Below, piece after piece: positions 58,395 through 64,000 of a stretch of 64,000 nucleotides of DNA. The DNA lies in assembly GCA_965216635.1 (NCBI GenBank), contig OZ244188.1, positions 1,952,001 to 2,016,000 on the forward strand. The letters run 5' to 3'. A model generated the notes under the pieces. It saw nothing but the letters and a program-made list of their open reading frames with translations. It made no database searches and was not told the origin of the DNA. This DNA comes from a bacterium. Its GTDB lineage: Bacteria > SAR324 > XYD2-FULL-50-16 > G965216635. Within the stretch, counting starts at the first letter, position 1. Each line of letters opens with the position of its first letter. The position numbers and the translations under genes were made by a program.

Positions 58395-58629
58395 AGACTT
58401 TTGCACTACTAGATTTTTCTTTTATCTCCAAGATTAAAGCAAATAACTCTTTAAACTTCACAAAATCACTTTCACAAAAAAACAGTTTCAGTAAAAAATA
58501 TCTTGTTAGGTATGTAAATGAATTTACTTTTAGAGTAATAAGGGATGGTTGTTAGATTGACATACTAGATAGGATTGAAACTGTTATGACAATATGTTTA
58601 GCAGTGAATAACTTATAAAGAATTGATGA

Positions 58630-60495
58630 ATGGCACACGAACAATACACTGAAGATTTAACCTTACGAGAAATGAGATGTCGTATTGGTAAAAATGATTT
58701 TGGATTTGTTTTCCCACAAGGCGATGTATCTTCATTAGATAAAGTTGAATTGTTATTAAAAAGAGCTGGTGGAAAACCAAAAGAATGTAATCTAGATGAT
58801 TTTTCATTTGGTGGTAAAGGTCAAGCTAAACCAGAATATGTGATTACCTTTAATGATGATGCTACAACTATTGTAGTCGTTGAATGTAAAAAACAAATAA
58901 AACAACACGAGACAGAAAAAAAGAGCAAACCAAGTGCTTATGCTGTAGATGGTGTGCTATATTACGCCAAATTTTTAAAACAAGAATATAATGTAGTTGC
59001 CGTCGCTGTAAGCGGAACAAAGAAAGAAAATATTAAAGTCTCTACATTCTATTGGTCTAAAGGGCAAGATAGTTTTAACGAGTTAAAGAAAGCAAAAGAT
59101 ATAATTCTTGAACCAAAAAATTACATAGAACTAATAAAGGGGAAAAAACTAAAAAAATCTTATTCTCTAGATGAAATTAGGAACACGGCAATAGATATGC
59201 ACGAATATCTAAGGGAAATAAAAATTTCTGAAAAATATAAACCAATATTAATAGCAGGTATTCTTATAGCTTTAGACGATGAAGATTTTATCAAAATCTA
59301 TAATTCTTTACCCTCTTTTGATTCTGTTATCTCAAATTTGCAAAGTGCGATAGAAAATGTTTTAAAGAATAGTGAAATCAAATCCAATAGAATAGATTAT
59401 ATCAAACAAGCCTTTAAAGTTTTGGGTGACAACTCTAAGTTTAAAGCAATTCAACTAGGTCATAAAAAATCAATAACTTGGTATGTAGAGCAGCTAGAGT
59501 TAAAAATCAAACCTATGATAGATTATGCTGATTCAACAGTTGACGCCTTAGGTGTGTTTTATCACGAGTTCATTAAATATTCAGGTGGTGATGGATCTGG
59601 TTTAGGAATTGTATTAACCCCGCAACATCTTACTGAATTTATGTGTGAATTAGCTAATGTCAACAAAAACAGTAAAGCAGTGGATATATGTTGTGGTTCT
59701 GGATCTTTCCTGATTACTGCGATGGCTAAAATGTTTCAAGAAGCCAATCAAAATGAAGTAGAGGTTATTTGTAATGAAAGATTACATGGAGTTGAGTTTG
59801 ACGATGAACTATATTCTTTAGCAATTGCAAATATGATAATTAGAAAAGATGGTAAATCAAATATTCATTACGGAGATTGCTTTGATGATTCTATAAAAAA
59901 AGAGCTTTCTGATAAAGGAATAAATGTTGGTCTTATCAATCCACCTTATTCTCAATCTGATAAAGTGGAGTTAGAATTTTTAGAACAATTGCTAGATATT
60001 CTAGTTTCAGGTGGCGTAGGAGTATGTATAGTTCCAATGTCCTGCGCAGTAGGTACAAAGTTTAAAGAGGTTAGAGAAAGACTAATGAAAAAACACAGCC
60101 TAAAAGCAGTTTTTTCTATGCCAGATGATATTTTTTATCCTGCAGGTACAACAGTAACTTGCGTTATGGTTTGGGAGGCACACAATCCACATGATACTAA
60201 CCAAGAAACATTTTTTGGATTTTATAAGGATGATGGATTAATAAAAAGAAAAAAACTAGGACGTATAGATTTTTATGAGAACTGGAATGATATAAAAAAA
60301 GAATGGCTTGCTCTTTATAGAAATAGAGATATAAAAGCGGGATATAGTGTAAGGCAATCTGTATCTTATAAAGATGAATGGTGTGCTGAAGCTTATATGG
60401 AAACAGACTATGAATTGCTAGTCAAGGATGATTTTGAACAAGTAATTTTAGATTTTATTGCTTTTCAAGTATCTAATTCTAAAAAAGTAGGTTAA
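58630..60495 (+). CDS. Type IIB/IIG restriction-modification subunit (endonuclease + N6-MTase), BcgI alpha-like
   Basis: PE...VECK nuclease motif, YAVDGVLYY, LTPQH, DICCGSGSFL, NPPY; size and partner gene fit the BcgI-type layout. Confidence 0.8.
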   Translation: MAHEQYTEDLTLREMRCRIGKNDFGFVFPQGDVSSLDKVELLLKRAGGKPKECNLDDFSFGGKGQAKPEYVITFNDDATTIVVVECKKQIKQHETEKKSKPSAYAVDGVLYYAKFLKQEYNVVAVAVSGTKKENIKVSTFYWSKGQDSFNELKKAKDIILEPKNYIELIKGKKLKKSYSLDEIRNTAIDMHEYLREIKISEKYKPILIAGILIALDDEDFIKIYNSLPSFDSVISNLQSAIENVLKNSEIKSNRIDYIKQAFKVLGDNSKFKAIQLGHKKSITWYVEQLELKIKPMIDYADSTVDALGVFYHEFIKYSGGDGSGLGIVLTPQHLTEFMCELANVNKNSKAVDICCGSGSFLITAMAKMFQEANQNEVEVICNERLHGVEFDDELYSLAIANMIIRKDGKSNIHYGDCFDDSIKKELSDKGINVGLINPPYSQSDKVELEFLEQLLDILVSGGVGVCIVPMSCAVGTKFKEVRERLMKKHSLKAVFSMPDDIFYPAGTTVTCVMVWEAHNPHDTNQETFFGFYKDDGLIKRKKLGRIDFYENWNDIKKEWLALYRNRDIKAGYSVRQSVSYKDEWCAEAYMETDYELLVKDDFEQVILDFIAFQVSNSKKVG

Positions 60496-60498
60496 AAA

Positions 60499-61497
60499 AT
60501 GTTATGCGAATTGTTTGAAAATATAAAATGGAAATACTTTAAATATCAAGATGTTTTTTCAATCAAAAAAGGTAAAAGGCTTACGCTTCAAGAACAAGAA
60601 AAAGGAAATACTCCTTATATTAGTTCGTCTTCTTTAAATAATGGTGTAGATAATTATATTAACAATGGATATACAGATAAAAATTGTTTGAGTTTTGCTT
60701 GTTATGGTTCTATTGGATGTGTTTTTTATCACCCGAATAAAGTTTGGATTTCTGATAATTGTAATGCAATTTATCTAAAAAAAAAAGAATTAAATGAAAA
60801 TCTGGCTATGTTTTTAATACCCATCTTAGAATTAGAAAAATACAGGTTTTCTTATGGTATAACAGCAAAGTTAGAAAGACTAAAAAAATTTAAAATCAAA
60901 TTGCCTGTTAGAAATAATTCAATAGATTGGAGTTTTATTGAAAAATATATTAAAAAAATAAAAAAAAATATTCGTTTCCCAGAATCTAGTAATATTTTAA
61001 ATAAAAAAATTGAATTAAATCACAGGCTGTGGAAATTTTTTTTATTAAATGAAATTTTTATATTGAAACGTGGAAAGAGATTAATAAAAGAGTGTAGAGA
61101 AAGAGGGACAGTACCTTTTGTCACAGCAGGGCAAACAAATTTAGGAGTTAAACAATATATTGATAGTTTAAACTTAGAACAAGAAGTTTTTAAAAATAGG
61201 ATTACGGTAGATATGTTTTGTAATAGCTATTATCAACTTAAAAAGTTTAGCTGTGATGACAACGTCCTTACATTGAAAAGCAAGTATGATATTAATAAAT
61301 ATGTTATTTTATTCATTGTAACCATAATTAAGCAAGATAAATATCGGTATCAATATGGTAGACAATATAGGCAAAAAAATTTTAACCAGCATAAGATCAA
61401 ACTTCCAGCAAAGCAAAATGAAAAAGGAGAATGTGAACCAGATTGGAAATTTATGGAAGACTATATTAAATCTTTACCATATTCGTCTAACATCTAA
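60499..61497 (+). CDS. Restriction-modification specificity (S) subunit, BcgI beta-like
   Basis: Two internal repeats (WK.F...F..K.GKRL ... YR..YG ... KIKLP...DW.F.E.YIK). Confidence 0.85.
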   Translation: MLCELFENIKWKYFKYQDVFSIKKGKRLTLQEQEKGNTPYISSSSLNNGVDNYINNGYTDKNCLSFACYGSIGCVFYHPNKVWISDNCNAIYLKKKELNENLAMFLIPILELEKYRFSYGITAKLERLKKFKIKLPVRNNSIDWSFIEKYIKKIKKNIRFPESSNILNKKIELNHRLWKFFLLNEIFILKRGKRLIKECRERGTVPFVTAGQTNLGVKQYIDSLNLEQEVFKNRITVDMFCNSYYQLKKFSCDDNVLTLKSKYDINKYVILFIVTIIKQDKYRYQYGRQYRQKNFNQHKIKLPAKQNEKGECEPDWKFMEDYIKSLPYSSNI

Positions 61498-61578
61498 ATC
61501 GTAAAGTAACAAAAAACTTGGAACTTCGCATTACAGCCCTAGTAGATTAAATAACTAGAATACCTAATTCAAAAACTT

Positions 61579-62127
61579 TTATTTGAGGTCTTTTTCCATC
61601 ATTTCTAACCACCTATCTAAAAAAAGAATATCGCGTGCTGGTAGCTGATATTTTTCTTCTTCTAAAACCTCACTGAGTAGAGGACGAATAGCAAAAAAAT
61701 AGGATTCTCGCCACTGCGAATCTTTTTGAAATTTCACATCGTAGATAACTTCCCTTACGCCTATCGTTTGTGAAAAACTTGTGAATTGGGTTTTAAGATG
61801 AGGAGCAAAGAAATAAATCTCAAATTTTTCTCCTTTTTTTGTGGGTGAGAAAGAATATATCCCTTGCTCCTCGGGATAAACTAAAAACGCTCTTTTTTGG
61901 AAAAGATATTCATCAGGGTTTAGCTTTAAACCTGTGTGTTGATAAGCAAAAACAAGTACTAAAACATTATTTTCTTTGCTTAATTTTTTATTTGGTAAGG
62001 AAATAGTTCCAGAAGCTTCTGTGACAAACAAACCAGCCTTGCAACCAAAGAGTACTAAAAGCAAAGCAAAAATAATTATTCTTGCTATAGTTTTTTTTAG
62101 TATAGCTTTTCTTATTATTAGGGTCAT
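61579..62127 (-). CDS. Hypothetical lipoprotein
   Basis: Basic N-terminus, hydrophobic stretch, LFGC lipobox. Confidence 0.6.
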   Translation of the reverse strand: MTLIIRKAILKKTIARIIIFALLLVLFGCKAGLFVTEASGTISLPNKKLSKENNVLVLVFAYQHTGLKLNPDEYLFQKRAFLVYPEEQGIYSFSPTKKGEKFEIYFFAPHLKTQFTSFSQTIGVREVIYDVKFQKDSQWRESYFFAIRPLLSEVLEEEKYQLPARDILFLDRWLEMMEKDLK

Positions 62128-62302
62128 TTTTGTTTTAGTTGATTATTTTTAGTAAAAAGCTCTTTGAGTTTGCAGCGATTATCACACCTGCTCCAATCTC
62201 TTTTTTTGTATTTTAATCGCACAGGTTTGGTAGAAAAAACTAACCCACAATACTCACAGCGAACATTAGGGAATTTTTTTTTAGCCTCCACTAGAATAAC
62301 TG

Positions 62303-63664
62303 TTAAATGCGGTTAATCCCATTCAGTGCTGCTATGCGGTAAGCTTCAGCCATAGTAGGATAGTTAAAAGTGTTATTGATGAAATACATCACACTATTGC
62401 CATCTTTTTGTGCCATAATGGCTTGTCCGATATGGATAATTTCTGATGCTTGGGCTCCAAAACAATGGACTCCTAAAATTTTTAAGCTGTCCAAATGAAA
62501 AATAATTTTCAGCATACCAATAGTTTGATTGGTAATTTGGGCTCTAGCTATATTTTTAAATAAGGCTCTACCTACTTCGTAAGGCACACCTTCTTGCGTT
62601 AGCTCTTGCTCTGTTTTACCAATAGAGCTAATTTCAGGAGTGGTATAAATACCATTGGGCATAATCTGAAAATAGTTATCAATTTTTTGTCCTAAAATAT
62701 GGCTAGCTACAATTCTTCCTTGATCGTAAGATATACTAGCCAGACTGGGATGGCCAATAACATCTCCTACGGCGTAAATATGCTTTTTTTCTGTTTGGTA
62801 AAAAGAATTGACTTTTAACATATCTCTATGATCGTTTTCTAAACCACATTTCTTTAAATTGAGTTCTTTTGTATTTCCTTCTCTTCCATTCGCCCAAAAT
62901 AAAATATCAGCTTTAATTCTTTTAGAAGATTTGGTGTGAATGATAATTTTATTATTTTTTTCTTCCAAACTCTCAAATTCTTCGTTGTTAAAAATATTAA
63001 CTCCTTTATTTTGAAGATTGTAATTCAGAGCGTGAACAATTTCTTCGTCTAAAAAAGATAGTAACTTGTCTCTTTGATGCACAAGATTTATTTTTATTTT
63101 CATACTAGATAAAATACTAGCGTATTCACAACCTATCACTCCAGCTCCATAGATTGTACAGCTATGAGGTGTATAATCTAATTGAAGAATTTTATTGCTA
63201 TCTATAATTTTAGGGTTGCTGAAATCAATTTCTGGTGGGTGGTAAGGAGAGGTTCCAGTGGCTATTATAAAGGTATCTGCATCAAGGATGGTTTTTTTTT
63301 TCTCTAATATCTCAATTTTTTTTGGAGAAAGAAATTGTGCCGTACCAAAATAAATATCTACTTCATTATTTTCATAAAAATTTGTTCTTAGTTGTTCTTG
63401 CTTGTTAATAGTATTTTCCGCCATTTTAAGATACTGATGAATCTCTGGATTTTGTGGAGTTTCAAAAATAGGATAATTTGCTAACTCTTCATATCTTTCT
63501 ACTGCGTGTCGCAATGCTTTAGAAGGAATAGTCCCCCAGTGGGTATTACTACCACCAATTTTGTATTTTTCTATTATAGCTACTTTCTTGCCAGCTTTTG
63601 AGAGGTGCATAGCCGCTCCTTCTCCAGCAGGACCTGTTCCAATAATAATTGTGTCGTAATGCAT
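62303..63664 (-). CDS. sthA: Soluble pyridine nucleotide transhydrogenase
   Basis: [21 protein letters not shown] (no redox Cys pair), [26 protein letters not shown]. Confidence 0.93.
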   Translation of the reverse strand: MHYDTIIIGTGPAGEGAAMHLSKAGKKVAIIEKYKIGGSNTHWGTIPSKALRHAVERYEELANYPIFETPQNPEIHQYLKMAENTINKQEQLRTNFYENNEVDIYFGTAQFLSPKKIEILEKKKTILDADTFIIATGTSPYHPPEIDFSNPKIIDSNKILQLDYTPHSCTIYGAGVIGCEYASILSSMKIKINLVHQRDKLLSFLDEEIVHALNYNLQNKGVNIFNNEEFESLEEKNNKIIIHTKSSKRIKADILFWANGREGNTKELNLKKCGLENDHRDMLKVNSFYQTEKKHIYAVGDVIGHPSLASISYDQGRIVASHILGQKIDNYFQIMPNGIYTTPEISSIGKTEQELTQEGVPYEVGRALFKNIARAQITNQTIGMLKIIFHLDSLKILGVHCFGAQASEIIHIGQAIMAQKDGNSVMYFINNTFNYPTMAEAYRIAALNGINRI

Positions 63665-63674
63665 AATTTAATCT

Positions 63675-64000
63675 CTAGTCTACAAGTTCTGTAAAACAAT
63701 CCCCTTCTTTTACTGAATAACCATTTATCCAATCTTTTACAGCAATTATTTTTTTGTTTTCTATTTGAATTTTTTTTAAAAATAGACTGCCCTGTGCAGT
63801 AGAAACCTCAACCGTTTCTTTTTCTTTTTTTAAAATTTTTCCATAATCTTGGATAAAAAGATTAGAAGTATTTGCGAGTGCTATTTCTGTTAAGAAAATT
63901 TTTTTGTTTTTAAAATAACTAAAAACTTTTAAATCTAAAGACATCGCTTGGTAAAGCCAATAAATTTTTTGTGCGCTTTGAGACCAATCTATCAAACAAT
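63675..64000 (-). CDS. fmt: Methionyl-tRNA formyltransferase, C-terminal part (runs off the window)
   Basis: IDWSQSA..I, G.L....IQ.ENKK......W.NG pattern of the Fmt C-domain. Confidence 0.75.
   Translation of the reverse strand, partial: CLIDWSQSAQKIYWLYQAMSLDLKVFSYFKNKKIFLTEIALANTSNLFIQDYGKILKKEKETVEVSTAQGSLFLKKIQIENKKIIAVKDWINGYSVKEGDCFTELVD

Overview
A 64-kb window from a low-GC (roughly 30% by eye) Gram-negative bacterium. It has LPS genes lpxK/gmhA/rfaE2, and ctaA and nuoJK point to aerobic respiration. The taxon cannot be fixed from the sequence. Housekeeping genes (accD, mdh, tilS, frr, pncB, hisC/G/E, alaS, nuoJK, mpl, pdxA, sthA, fmt, two tRNAs) are in heavily scrambled order. Four accessory layers stand out. 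(1) Five paralogous outer-membrane 8-stranded beta-barrel genes lie in two oppositely oriented clusters (16.5-19.7 kb and 51.1-56.7 kb). They share near-constant barrel blocks, carry two very large hypervariable loops, and show patchwork (recombinant) similarity. Every copy is followed by an array of GTAG-type REP-like hairpins, which makes this a candidate surface-antigen/adhesin diversification system. (2) About 15 copies or remnants of a modular, structured MITE-like element (TIR TAGACCTTTGAATT, 5-bp TSDs, covarying internal hairpins, interchangeable modules) occupy many intergenic gaps. (3) Three Panacea (DUF4065) + two-TM-protein modules are present, plus a decayed HicA/VapBC cluster next to the tRNAs. 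(4) There are three DNA methyltransferase/R-M loci and two tandem Cache-HAMP-cyclase genes with a degenerate HD-GYP-like tail. No CRISPR, reverse transcriptase, integrase or transposase is visible. All assignments are by eye from motifs; no database searches were run.
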